A stretch of DNA of 64,000 nucleotides from Negaprion brevirostris (taxonomy: Eukaryota). Within the stretch, counting starts at the first letter, position 1. The number at the start of each line of letters is the position of its first letter. A model generated the notes under the pieces. The model was not told where the DNA came from. It saw nothing but the letters and a program-made list of their open reading frames with translations, and did not search any database. Shown here piece after piece: positions 12,561 through 25,755 of this stretch. A program made the translations under genes and the position numbers. The stretch spans positions 66,669,491-66,733,490 of the forward strand of contig JARDVH010000132.1 of the NCBI GenBank assembly GCA_030324005.1, written 5' to 3'.

Positions 12561-15500
12561 AAAAAGTTCAAAATGTAGTTGGTGAAATGAAAAAAGATCA
12601 GACGGGAAGATGTGATAGGGCAAAAGACTGGAGACATTAGAAGAGAATTGGAGATGGAGTGCCAATGGGAATAGTAATGAGACAAATGAAGAAACAAAAG
12701 ATGTGTTCAGTGGAGGTTTGAATTGCAGAGTAATGAACGGCTACCAAAAGCAAAAGTGAGAACAGCAAGAGAAAGGCTGATACACACAAAGGGAAGGAAG
12801 CAAAATGGAAAAGCAGAGATTAAGGTCTGAAATCAATAAACACAATTTTTTTAATGCATTTGTGGGACATGGGCATCACTGACTGGGCCAGCATTTATTG
12901 CCCATCCCTAGTTGCCCTTGGAGGGCAGTTGAGCATCAATTACATTGCTATGGGTGTGGAGTCACATGTAGGCCAGGCCAGGTAAGGACTGCAGATTTCC
13001 TTTCCTTCCTTCANNNNNNNNNNNNNNNNNNNNNNNNNNNNNNNNNNNNNNNNNNNNNNNNNNNNNNNNNNNNNNNNNNNNNNNNNNNNNNNNNNNNNNN
13101 NNNNNNNNNNNNNTATGGGTGTGGAGTCACATGTAGGCCGGGCCAGGTAAGGACTGCAGATTTCCTTTCCTTCCTTCAGGTAAGAACATTAGTGAACCAG
13201 ATAGGTTTTACTGACAATGGACAGTGGTTTCAAGGTCATCAGTAGGTTCTTAATTCCAGATATTTTTCTGAGTCAGAAGTCTGTAATCTGTTTTAGCAAA
13301 AGATGAGGTGCTGTCCTTGAGGCTTTGAACTTCATGAGAACACCACAGTAGACAGCGTGAGAGTTAAACTGACAACTCACTGCAAGCTGAGGGTCACTGC
13401 TGGCAGATTGAAATTTTTACTGTTTGCGAATGTTTTACTTCAAGTGGAATTCGGCCCTTTTCAGCATTGATCTAGAGATGGTGTAAAGAAACATTGGGTT
13501 ACGTGATGCAATAAAACATTAAATTCAAAGTCGTTAATAGTTTCACGATTACAAACGTTACTGTTAACAAAGATAGACTTGTCGAACGTTTTCTTGATCA
13601 GAATTTTTCATCCAAGACCAGTTCGAACTTCAAGAATATTCACAAAATGTGGTCACCGACAGCTACAGACCACTGAGACTCTTTCTTGCAAAATGGAAGG
13701 CGCTTCCTTCTAATTGTATTGCTGGAGAGAGCCTATCTTTCCCTGCGGATCATAGTCATTTTAAAAGCATGTCCAGATGTGCATAAGGGATGAAATGCTG
13801 ACTCGGGTACGGCTGGGGAAAAAAACAGCCGACATTCCCATTGTCTCCATAATTCAAACTTAGTATCCCGGATCATTTAGAAATAACCGTGATTAAAACA
13901 ATGTGATCTCGCTGCCTGATAACATAGGTGAAATCCCGTCAACATGAATATATGGCCCCCGACCCAAGTTCACATCTGGCTGACATCTTTACATTTTAGA
14001 TAAGAGAACTACTCGGCAAGAAGGGGTGCTGCTGCCGCCTGCTACTTCTGTTTGTCTGAACATGGTTTCTCTTGCCCTGTGTCTCTTTTCCAATGAAATA
14101 TGAGCGGAGTTTTTGTTCCCTTTAGGCGCTAGTCTGTGTTAAGAATTTGCCGATAAGGCTGGGTGACCATCACCAAACTAAAGCCAACGCTACTTTCCTC
14201 CAAATGAGAAAGTTTCCAAAGGCAATTTGGACTCTCGCAGTGTCTCCATCTTCACCAAAATAGACAAGTGGTTCCGGAGATGTACAAAATGTTACTGATA
14301 CATGTGCGATTGTAAAATCACTAAATTACTCGGTTATCCGGCGTTTTTTGTTTGACGTTTGAATGGCTTGGTCTGACTGACGTACAATTCAATAGACACA
14401 AAAGGAATGTGAGTATGTGGCATTGTCTACAGCTCTTAGCTGCAGATAAGAGCACAGTATCTGGTCATCTGGGGAGAGAAAACCTCAGCCACGATTACAA
14501 TTAACACTGCATTTTAAATGTAACATTTTCAAATCAGTTTGAATAGAAGATATTGTGAAGTGGTGAAATTAATCTGCATAGATACTGAAACTAGCACGAA
14601 GTCAGCAATAGACAGGTTGTATGGTTATATAATTTTGGACAGTCACTGTCTTTAGAAAATATGTGAAAACCTTCTGTAAGCATAGCACCACCCCCACTCT
14701 CCAATCTTCCCCCGCCCCCATCTCAAGTACAACTGCCTTCGTGTGATGAAACTTGAATTTGGAACTGGAATGGCAATTCCATCACTTTTTTTTAAGAAAC
14801 TGACACAATTGAATGCGTTTCCGCTAAGCCACGAGTACACTTTAGATGAAGGCTGGGTTCTGATGAGAATGAAACCCTTTTCGGTTTAGCAATGATAAGA
14901 CTTGCAACACTACTATAGCGGGGGCAATTCTGCATGGCGCTAACTTTCGGAGGCAAAAGGATGAACGGACAACTTTGACATTGCTGTTAAAAAGTTTTGT
15001 AAGCTTTTCAGAAGACACTAGTGGTGGAAGCTTACTGAATTAATCGTTTTATTCACAGAGACAACCAGCGTCACCTGATCCTTTAACTAAATGACATTTT
15101 GTACAGAGAGAGACGAAATGTTCCTCACTCCTATTGTAGCTGATGAAGGGACTTCATGTACATTCGGTGACAGTTCATTATGGTCCTGTGTAATCTTACA
15201 ACTGCATTGCGACAAACACTCAGAAACGACATTGATGTAAATTAAATGTGGATTCAAACAAAAGAAAGTGTGTTTTTTTTACATTAGATGGTGCCATGCA
15301 TGTTTCATTTTGTCAGATATGGTTTATTGCATAGGGATACACTTATTTCTCATATCCTTCAGGGTGATTTTCAAGCGTGGTAGTGAGCATCTCTCTCTCT
15401 GCAAGGTACTTAAATAATCTTTCGGTTGTCTCTGTTCCTTCACAATGTAATTTGAACCCCTGCCGTTAGCGGTCTGTATACAATCGGTACCCTCGAGCAG

Positions 15501-16094
15501 GTTATGAAACCTTTTAGGAATCTAAAACAAAAGCAAGGTGTTTTAAGAGCCTTGTTAAAAGTGGCTGGGTTGAAAGAAGGGAGCCCTTGGGCAAAGGGCG
15601 TGGAGCTCAAATTATCATCCTTTTGATTTCGCTGTTCTTCCTTCTCATTGAAATAAGTGTCGAAGTTTCGACTAAATCCACTGGAATTTAATAACTGCCC
15701 CGTAGTTAGCACAGATACCCGTTCTTTCCGATACAAGTAACTGAGACGATCGTTAAGCTTTTGCTGCCGGAAAGATCGAATTTGTACCCAAAGNNNNNNN
15801 NNNNNNNNNNNNNNNNNNNNNNNNNNNNNNNNNNNNNNNNNNNNNNNNNNNNNNNNNNNNNNNNNAAAACATTTGGTCCCTTTTTTGCCCCCCCCCCCCC
15901 CCCTACAGTCTCGCTTGGTTAGTGCTAGCAGTTTGCTGACAAGGTAACCATCAAGGTAGGGGCAGATATTAAATACCCCAAGACAGTTCGCAAAGACTGA
16001 CCCGAGGAGGCAGAGGGCTGGATTTAATTAAGTGTTTGTGGAGTCGTCACTGCAGTGATGCTGTGCCAGTATTCCTCTGGCAGGCTGGCCGCAT

Positions 16095-16200
16095 GCTCCT
16101 CCAATGGACCTGTTGGGGTTGATAGCATTGGGCCGTAGAGTTTCTATTGGCTGAGGGGATGTCCTGACACGCGGACGGGGATCCTCCTGTACTATAAGAA
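16095..16200 (+). promoter_or_regulatory. COL1A2: COL1A2 proximal promoter (inverted CCAAT and TATA-like box)
   Basis: ATTGG at 16146-16150 and TATAAG at 16193-16198 (47 nt apart, similar to mammalian type I collagen promoters); CTCCTCCAAT at ~16096-16105; 140 nt upstream of the ATG. Confidence 0.65.
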
Positions 16201-16301
16201 GGGTACATCACGCTGAAGATACGGCAGGAGGGTTCTGTAAAGTCTGGAGTTATCATCACCTCTGTTTTATGCTTGCTGGGTAAAAAGGCTGGGCTATTTT
16301 T

Positions 16302-16347
16302 CACAAGGAGTCTGCATGTCTAACATTTAGACATGCTCAGCTTTGTG
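16302..16347 (+). promoter_or_regulatory. COL1A2: Collagen 5' stem-loop (LARP6 site) containing the uORF ATG TCT AAC ATT TAG (16316-16330)
   Basis: CACAAGGAGTCTGCATGTCTAACATTTAGACATGCTCAGCTTTGTG; GCATGTCTA/TAGACATGC upper stem and CACAAG/CTTTGTG lower stem; matches the human COL1A2 5'SL except in the loop. Confidence 0.95.
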
Positions 16348-16414
16348 GATACACGGATTTTGTTGCTGCTTGCAGTAACGACGTTCGTTGCAAGAGGCCA
16401 AAATGAAGATGAAT
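16333..16414 (+). CDS. COL1A2: COL1A2 exon 1 (signal peptide)
   Basis: MLSFVDTRILLLLAVTTFVARGQNEDE plus 1 nt, GTAAGT donor, phase 1. Confidence 0.96.
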
Positions 16415-19400
16415 GTAAGTGCCCCTTTTAAATCTGAAAATATAATGTGTATGTTTGTTTAGACGCTGCAGCCCAGTAAGATAAGGCATGCCAGATTCTT
16501 TCAGAAACCCGAAGTTCAAACTTATCAAAAAGTATAGCTGTGCAACAAGACAAATAAAGTTTGACCCGCTACGAATCCAGTAATTTGCAATGAACAATCT
16601 CTCTTGAACAAGTAAGGCACTACAATAGCGAAGAATCGCACCTTGCTTATTTCATAAAATATATACAGAAATAGTTGCTTTAAAGTTGCCGTGTATTTTA
16701 AGTATTTAAAGGTGTGGCTCGCACAAGCGTTGAGCTTTTCACCGAAAACGAGTGCGGGTGCATTTAATATGTTTCATCCTTAAATTAGATCTATGCCACT
16801 TACTCTGTTCCATTGGGGCCCAGGTGATACAAGAATCTGTGGTCAATTTTTAGATACAAATAAATAGGAAAGTATGTAGTCTGGGAGGGAAGGGTGGACT
16901 TTTTAAAATTGATATAAGTTATGATTTCAGTGATAAATGCTGGGCTAAACGGGGGAGGAGGGGGGAATGTGGCGAATATTTTGCTGTGTCGCCACCTCGC
17001 GGTAGTCCTTACACTTGTGTTGGGCGCTTTGGCTCATTGTTCTGCCCAGACTGCAGTGAAGACCGCTTTACTGAGTTTTAGAAATAGTTTTTTTAAGGGT
17101 GTTTGTTCTCATTTCCCATATCTTTGGTATGACTGGAGAATCGGCGAGGTTGCTGTCAGGGTTCTGAGCTGTGTGTTCCGTGCGCCTGGGGTTTTTTTTG
17201 TTAAAAGCACTGCCCACTCTCATGTTGCTCTCTGGGGAAGAGGCAGTGTAGTTTAGAAAGTGCCCACACAAAGGGCGGTTTCTAAAATCTTAAATCCACT
17301 CAGAGGGCGTGGTTTTACTGAGCGGGTGTGTTGATGGCAATGTGGGGGAGGTCAGCAGGTTTGATCATTGGCAGGAATGATAATACATCTGCAGAGCCTC
17401 GTCCAGCTCCAAAAAAAACCCCCAAAATTGTACAGCGGCGAAACATACGTGGTGGCATTTTTCTAATTAATAACAAATGCGTTTGGGCTTTTTAACGTAT
17501 TTGGCAGATTATATTGCCTGCAATGGGATTTACATTATGTATATATATGCCTGCAACGTATAGATGTAAATTGACCACACCTCCCTATATAGACACACGT
17601 AAAGATGTAGATTGAATGGAAAGATCTGAAACAAACGCTAGTCCTTTGGAGCCTCCTACTGGTAATTTGAAGTAGGTGCTGATTTGGCCCTGGCGAAAGT
17701 CAGAGGAATCATTCTTTCCATTTTAGTTTGTTTAAGGGATTTCTTACTCGGCCGTTCTCATTTTTTGGGCCGTCTTTTTTAGGGAGCTCTAAAGATAATC
17801 TTCGGCTGTGCAAGGCAGCTAGATTGTTTACCACATCACAGTGATTTTATTAAAGCACTTATCAGAGTGATTAATATGCATCTGCTGCCAGTGCTTGCTT
17901 ACCTGTCCTCATATAAGGGCAAACGAATAATCAAATAATTTCTATCTCAGTGTTATATGATCCATATTATAAATATCATGCATCATCATAAATATGGTAG
18001 AAATATTTTTTAAAATATCATTTCTCTACCATTGTTTGAAGTGTATAGTTCTATACTCATATAACATTGCCACCACCAAGCTGGCCGATATACTCACTAA
18101 AAGGTCAAGCAAGTTTGTACTGTTAAGCCTTTTTTATGAATAATTTGATTTTAGTGCATTTGTGTATATATACATGAAACCAAAACTGAAAACGCTGGAA
18201 AATCTCAGCAGGTCTGGCAGCATTTCTGAGGAGAGAAAAACCATATATATACACGGTTTGTGATTTGTGGCCGCTCGCCATCACCTATCTCCTGTTGCAG
18301 CAAGTCTAGCTAACAGCGTTGAATGAATGAAAGTGCAGGAAATTAAGAGCAAGGAGGTGTTGAAACCTCTGCCTTGTTGGCGGGTTTTGTGTGTCAGCAG
18401 TCTGATGATATCATTGGAGCGTCGACAAGGTGGCTCCAAAGTCATAGGGAGGAAATGTCGGCAGATTGTCATCCTTGATCCTAACACCACTAGCCTTAAT
18501 TGGTCCACCAGACCACACTTTTTACCTTCTGCTTTCATCTGCGTCACTGACCTGTTAATGTCAATATATAACTGGAACCCAAACTGAAAGCCGATAAGAT
18601 AACTAACTACCTAAAAGAGATTTACGCATTTGTTCTTAGTGTATAAATACTAGAAAATAATAGTGCTAATCTAATTAAGCAAATTAATAAGGATAAACAA
18701 TGATTAAGACATTCGCTTAATTTTCTTTCACATTTCTGATTAATGTGCACTGGGACAATATAAAGCCTTTGCTTCACTAAAATTGGCATTTGAGAGAATT
18801 TTTAAAATACGTTTTTTAAATTTTTATCTTTTTTAATTGCATTTTTAAATTTAAACTTATTTATACTCATTAATTTCAAGACCAAGGTGAATATGCACCA
18901 TACTGATAAATAATAAGATTCATTAGGAATAATTCTTAAAATCAATTCCAAAATAATCTCTCTGCAAACTTGGTGCAAAGCATACCTGCTGATTGATACA
19001 GTGACAACAATGGACACGAGTCTCATTTCCCTTCAACTGAAGATAAGTTTCTCTTCTAATTTACAGAGATTAGCTCTATTCTAGTCTGAATCCTACTTTA
19101 ATGAGAACCAACAAAAAAAATGTTTCCTGCCATATCCTGTTTGGATGAGGAAGGGGATAAATAAGATATATCCTTAATTGGTACATTTGGTTTATTATTA
19201 TGAGTTTATAGAACAGTCCAAAGAATAATCACTGCATGATAGTAGAGTGACATTAGATATCATATTTTTGTTCCTAATTCCAGTATAACAAGATAGGTTA
19301 AAGGTTTTTTTTAAGAACTGACAATAAGAATTATATATGAACTTAGGTTGGATGGTCTCAACCTTGTCATCCAAATACAAAGAGCACAATTGGTGTATTT

Positions 19401-20160
19401 TTCCAATAGATGGCAAGCCCATTTCTCAAAGTTTAGCTATAGACAACAGGGATTCACTTCTGACAGTGGGCATTGTGATTCAGCCACATTCTTACATTAC
19501 ATCTGACCCCGATGTGCCTGATCCGGGAGAACTTGATGCTGGATGCCTGAAATGCAAATATGTTCCATTTATCTATGAATGCAAAATTCAGCACAGAAAT
19601 CCAATATTGCATTTAAAAATATTTATGATTCTAAGAAGTCATTTATCATATTAAGAAGTGTATTAATTACTAAGAATTAAATTTGTCAGATTTTGTTTTG
19701 ATACTCCTATGAAACATCTTGGGAATCTATTACATTAAAAGCACTGTGTTCATTATTGTTATTCATAGCTCAGAATTCAGACGTTTATTATTGAAAAAAT
19801 TATGGTGATAAATGTCTTCATCAATGTAAGAAATATATTTTTATTTACTTCATTTTTATTTGGTACATTTTGAAAAATATCACAGGACCTCCCCAAATAT
19901 GGGAGAACATCTTACTGTTATTTTTAGCAAAACCACATATATGTAAAATGCCATTAAAAATTCACTGCAAGTAATGATCTAACAAAATATTCTGCCATTT
20001 TCACTGTATATATATTGGCTAATTAATACCACAGAATTAACCAGAGGATTGATACTTTTCATATGGAGTGTTGTGTGTGTACACAATGTACAATTGACAC
20101 CACAGTTACATATGTCATGAATTCATAACTAATATCTTATTTCCTGCTCTTTTTCCACAG

Positions 20161-20177
20161 ACACATATGAAAGCGAG
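20161..20177 (+). CDS. COL1A2: COL1A2 exon 2 (17-nt microexon)
   Basis: ttttccacag|ACACATATGAAAGCGAG|gtaagt; completes phase 1 to give YTYESE. Confidence 0.85.
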
Positions 20178-20269
20178 GTAAGTATTTCCCATCATAATCA
20201 TTAGAAATTCTATTGTACTTGAGCTAGACAAGATAATTAAACAATTTTGTTTTCTCTTGCTTCTTGCAG

Positions 20270-20287
20270 ACTGACCAAGAATTGATG
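20270..20287 (+). CDS. COL1A2: COL1A2 exon 3 (18-nt microexon)
   Basis: cttcttgcag|ACTGACCAAGAATTGATG|gtatgt = TDQELM, phase 0. Confidence 0.8.
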
Positions 20288-20344
20288 GTATGTATAATGA
20301 CATTTTTTCTTTATTTGATTGTGAACTCTGGATTGGTGTATTTC

Positions 20345-22176
20345 TGCAGACTACTGAAATACAAATACAGTGAGGCAACAAGCTATAGTCTCAACCAGCA
20401 CTTGACTACATTTCAATACTAATTAGACTTCAGGAACTATAGAACATTTAACATATCCATTGGAAATTGCAACATCAATGTATAATGTAGACACAATTCA
20501 CGAGCCATGATTATTATCTTCTTCATGGTGTTCCCCATACTTTATGGAATCTATTTTACTCATGAGATACATATGTCCACACTCATGTGGGATAAATGAC
20601 ATTCTATTTTTGTTGCCTGATTGTTTGCATTATATGTCCACCAATTTGATAAAAACAAAGATACAGCAAAAAATTAAAATACAAAAATTCGACATCCTTA
20701 TAGACATGGATGTTGATGCTCCACTAATATTTGAAGTGTGCTGCATGTGAGTTGTTTGTCCCATTCAGTTTATCCCATTTCTCCCTTCCTCTTTAACTTC
20801 ACACCTCTTTTTGTATTCATTCCTGGGATGTAGGCCAGCAGTTATTGCACATCCCTAATTGCCCTTGAGAGGGTGGTGGTGAGCCACTTTCTTGAATGTA
20901 ACTGAGCGTTTACCAGACCATTTCAGAGGCAGTTAAGAATCAAGCACTGGAATTCTGTTTGATTATCACAAAGATTTCAACTGTGATTCTTACATGCTTT
21001 TTTTCTCATGGAACCTTTTGCTGTGAGATGCAGACATCATACATCCTTCTCCAGTTTTGATTGCAGGATAATCTGAAGCACAGAATTTATCTGTATGATT
21101 TTTACGGATTGCAGATATGATTTCACTCAGGAAATTAATTTATTATTCGATGATGTTACTTTATTTCCTTCCATCCATGAAATAACGTTCATTGTTAATG
21201 TTTTATTGAGCTGTTTGGCTGAGCATTGACCAACCAAAGAGGCTCTGAAATAAAACTTGGTGATGGACCAAGCTGCATAATCTTTCTCTATTCCTATTAC
21301 ATATGATCTGATGCTAAGGTAAAGTCACCATAGGCCCAGATGACCATAGGAGCTGACTGCTGGTGATTTAACATGAGCATCACCACACCTCGAGCAAGAG
21401 GTGAGGTTGAGAAGGTGAGGCCTTCATGAATAACCTCAGCCAGTACAATAATTTAACCCACACTGTTGATGTTGCTTTGCACCATGCATCAGCTGTCCAA
21501 CCAGCTGAGTTAACTATTCTTTTTGACAAAACAAATAAATTAAACCAAATAAACTGAGGGACAAGTTAAAAAGGGCAGCCCCCAAAAAGGAGGGAACCAC
21601 CTAAAACAAAAGGCAAAGCAAAAAGGAAACTTAAAACATTAAATCAAAATGTAGTTAAAGGGGTCAATAATACACCCCAGTCCCCAACTGAGCTAACTGA
21701 CCCCCATGTTCTGGTGTAATAAGCAAAAAGCAGTACTAAGCAGCCCTGAATAAGCATTTGACTGGTTGGCTACTGTGAAGCGAACATACAAACAACTACA
21801 TTATCAAACTTATCCTGTTTGCCTATCTTTTAATTAGGTGGCTTTTCATTCTGTCACTTGTCATAGTACCTTCACACACTAACTGGGAGAGACAGTAGGC
21901 TAAGTTGAAAAGGGAGGTTGGAAGCAGCATTCGAATGTAGACTGTGCTTTTTATTTAGATGAAGGAAATAAGTCTGCAAAAAATTGCATTGCTTCTGAAC
22001 TCATTTTCAGTGTATACAGTGAGACAACTTTACATGTACACATTGATGTTGCAATTTCCAATGGATATGTTAAATGTTCTATAGTGTCTGAAGTCTAATT
22101 AGTATTGAAGTGTAGTCAAGTGCTGGTTGAGACTATAGCTTGTTGTATCACTGTACTTGTATTTCAGTAGTCTGCA
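20345..22176. repeat. Long inverted repeat pair (arms ~20345-20481 and ~22040-22176) in intron 3
   Basis: TGCAGACTACTGAAATACAA...GCAACATCAATGT is the reverse complement of ACATTGATGTTGC...TTGTATTTCAGTAGTCTGCA, about 6 mismatches in ~137 nt by eye. Confidence 0.92.
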
Positions 22177-22855
22177 CTCATCCATGCTTGATTTTAAAGG
22201 ATTTATGTTAATTCTCTTTTCCCAGTCTCTCTGAGTGATCTTCTTATATTCCTTTGTGTAATATGGGCAATGCTGGCTTATTGCCCATCCTTAATTGACC
22301 TAGAACTGAGCTGTTTGCTAGGTCATTTCAGAGGGCATTTAAAAGTTAACCACATTGCTGTGGGTCTGGACTTACATATCGGCCAGATTAGGTAAGGACG
22401 TCAGATTTCCTTCCCTAAATGGCATTTGTGAACCAGATGGGTTTTTGCGATAATCAACAATTGTTTCATGGGTCATCAATAGACTTTTAAATTCCAGATT
22501 TTTATTGAAGTATCACCATTTATCATGGTGGGAATCAAACCCAGGTCCTCAGAGCCCTGTCCCTCTAGGTCTCTAGACAATACCACTTTACCATCACCTC
22601 CCAAATCCTGTGCAATTTTTTTGCAAAATTCTTTTGCATTTTCTGGGATCATTGTAGGGCTTTTCAACTATGTGTCAGCTTTGGTTCAATGGTAGCAGTT
22701 TTGCCTCCATGGCTGAAGGTTGTAAAGTTAAAGCTCCAATGCAGAAGGTTGAGCACATGATCCAGACTGAAACTTCAGAGGAGTACTGAAGCAATGCTGG
22801 ACTGTCAGAAATGAATAATGTTAAACTTGGCTCATCTGCCTTCCCAGGACATGTT

Positions 22856-23061
22856 GGCCTGAATTCTCCAGCCAAGCACACCAGTGCAATTCTCTGGCCT
22901 CACCAGAAGTGTATCCCCGCGCAGCTTTCCCAGCAGCATGGAGTGGCTCCAGTGAAAGTCCCCATTGACAGCGGCGGGACCAGAGAATCCCATCACCAGC
23001 AAACGGCATGCCACCTGCCACCACCAAGAAACACGTGGCTGGGAGGCTGGAGGATCCAGCC
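22856..23061. mobile_element. Short MITE-like repeat with imperfect terminal inverted repeats, nested in an old SINE
   Basis: GCCTGAATTCTCCAGCC ... GGCTGGAGGATCCAGCC; internal AAAGTCCC(C)ATTGAC motif shared with copies at ~24015-24610, ~47937-48062, ~48301-48461 and ~56455-56650. Confidence 0.55.
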
Positions 23062-23452
23062 CACTATGGGAATATTGAAAGAAAATTTGAGAAACCCCTC
23101 AAATATTCTGGCCCAATATTTATCCCTCAATTAATGTCAGCAAAATAGATTTCCAGATCATTTATCTTGTTGCCACTTGTGGGAGCTTGCTATGCACAAA
23201 GTGCTCTTCAAGTTTCCCTACATTTGCAATATAATCACCATTATATAATCAAAGTATTTCATTGACTGTGGAGTGCTTTGGGATGCCTCAAGATTATGAA
23301 AGACCACGGTTTAAGTACCTCTGCCCATCTATCTATAATAGGGTCCTATCACACACGAGTCCAGGCAAAGTGTAATGTATCAATCTTATAATCATTTGGG
23401 ACTACGTCACATCCTTGTATATCTAACTTGATTTAAATACTTATGTTTATAG

Positions 23453-23497
23453 GGACCACAAGGACCCCCTGGCAATCAAGGTCCAGAAGGAGACAGG
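23453..23497 (+). CDS. COL1A2: COL1A2 exon 4 (minor helix)
   Basis: 45 nt, GPQGPPGNQGPEGDR, AG/GT. Confidence 0.92.
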
Positions 23498-23769
23498 GTA
23501 ATTATACTTAAATTCTATGAGTTTACACCAGCTTTTTTTTATTACAATATTAGTTGAACTTGTTTGGAGATAATAGTGTTGCTGTAGAATATTGTCAGGT
23601 TTTTCTAGTTTTGTTTTCTGCTCATAATACTGAATTGATTAATATATTAACTGAAATTATAATGTATTATCTCTCTACTATATTGACTAAATTGCTAAAC
23701 CTAAACATTTCCTTTTTTTAACAAATTGCCAATGGTGCTTATTCACAATTTAAATACTTTCTGTCACAG

Positions 23770-23822
23770 GGCCCTCAAGGACCAGATGGCAAGGATGGAT
23801 TACCAGGAACACCAGGCCTTCC
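23770..23822 (+). CDS. COL1A2: COL1A2 exon 5 (partial, 3' end in N gap)
   Basis: cacag|GPQGPDGKDGLPGTPGL..., then Ns at 23823-23877. Confidence 0.9.
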
Positions 23823-24099
23823 NNNNNNNNNNNNNNNNNNNNNNNNNNNNNNNNNNNNNNNNNNNNNNNNNNNNNNNTTCTATCAATTATTAGACCAATA
23901 ATTTAGACCAAAGTCAATTACTATTAATATATGTAAGTAGTACTAACTAACAAAAGCATATAGTCCATCTCCACTGCTCTCCCTTTCACCAATAACATTA
24001 AGAAAAATACTTATGCTGAAATTTTGCTGGCCTTTACACCAGCGGAATCTTATGGTTCTGTTGGCAGCATAACCCCGCCAAGAGTTTCCTGGTGATGAG

Positions 24100-24408
24100 T
24101 TTAAAGTTTATTTATTAGTGTCACAACTAGGCTTACATTAAAACTACAATGAAGTTACCATGAAAATCCCCTAGTCGCCATGCTCCAGCACCTGTTTGGG
24201 TGCATTGAGCGCGGATTTAGCATGGCCAATGTGTCTGACCAGCACGTCTTTCAAACTGTGGAAGGAAGCCGGAGCACTCAAAGGAAACCCACTCAGACAC
24301 GGGGAGAACATGCAGACTCTGCACAGTCAGTGACCCAAACCGAAAATTGAACCCAGGTCCCTGGCGCCATGAGGCAGCAGTGCTAACCACTGTGCCACTG
24401 TGCTGCCC
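24100..24408 (-). mobile_element. tRNA-derived SINE (HE1-like), tail type A, inserted in a MITE-like repeat
   Basis: Full-length homologue of 150-441. Confidence 0.85.
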
Positions 24409-25374
24409 ATGCTTGGTGGGAAGTCCCATTGACAACGGCAGGACCATAAGATCCTGCCACCAGTGAGNNNNNNNNNNNNNNNNNNNNNNNNNNNNNNNNN
24501 NNNNNNNNNNNNNNNNNNNNNNNNNNNNNNNNNNNNNNNNNNNNNNNNNNNNNNNNNNNNNNNNNNNCCAGTGAGAGACGCACAGCTTCCCGCCATTGAG
24601 AAGAATGAATATCCCACCCTTAGTTTATTCATTTCAATTACTTTTCCTGTGCAGTTACCACAGTAAAATTTAATGTTTTAATGAGAGCTTATTGATAACA
24701 AAAAAATGGGCTGTATTGACAATTATGCAGTGCCTTATCCAGACACCAACTCTTGTATCTTTTAAAGACTGTGTCAGAAGTATAATGCAAAGTAGGAACA
24801 TCACAACCCAATCCCATCCTGCATTCACCCAGACATATCCTTCTAGCTGGGGGAGATGGGAGGTGAATGCAGTGAGAGAAGGAGGCAAACATGGACACAA
24901 GTTACTGAAAAGAAACTAGAATTTAATTGGTTTGTTTTCTCTTTATTAACCTGCAGACAGTGGAAATAATTTTTGTGTTTCCCCCATATTCACCTTAACT
25001 GAGTTCAACATAGCCCAGGAAATGAAACTGGGGCCAGGAGTTTCTGGTCCCTCCAGCAACGGGTGGGACCAGAAACTTTCACCCAAAGTCAATAGAACTC
25101 AAGGACACAGAAATCCGGCATAGAACTTTTCTACTCCATAAAGCAACAGTGTGGTATAATTTACATACAAGTATGTTTTTTTACTTTGATTCATAACAAT
25201 CGAATATTTAAAAATTATTGATAAGGAAAATAAGAAGTGATAAATGTAAAAAATAGTTCAATTTTTCTGTCTTTTTTCACTACCTCATTCCCAGTCCTGT
25301 CCTTGTAAACAACTAGTTAATTAGGATGGCAGCTTTATTCACTGAAAGAGTTTTGTGTAGGTTTTAGTTTGTTC

Positions 25375-25755
25375 TTTCATGGGATATGGCATCGCTGGCT
25401 AGGCCAGTATTTCTTGCCCATCCTAATTGTCCTCAAGAAGGTGGTGGTGAGCTAACTTCTTGAACCGCTGCAGTTAATGTGGTGTAGCTACACATTCACA
25501 GTGCTATTAGGGAGTGAGTTCTGGGATTTTGACTCAAAAACAGTGAAGAAGCAGCGATGTATTTTCAACTCAGGCTTGGAGGAATATTTGCTGGTGATGA
25601 TGTCCCCATGTATGTGCTGCCCTTGTCCAATCTAAGTAGTAGAGGTTGTGGGTTTGGAAGGTGCAGTTGGAGGACCCTTGGTAAGTTGCTGCAGTGTATC
25701 TTGTAGATTGTATACACGGCTGCCACTGTACATTGGTGGTGGAGGGAGTGAATGA
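25375..25755 (-). mobile_element. CR1/L2-clade LINE 3' fragment
   Basis: Reverse complement of the 6400-6800 tail region. Confidence 0.7.

Noticed and set aside
12949-13178. Direct repeat of ~65 nt on both sides of a 100-N gap
   Set aside because: Near-identical sequence abutting a fixed-size gap indicates unmerged overlapping contig ends, not a biological tandem repeat.
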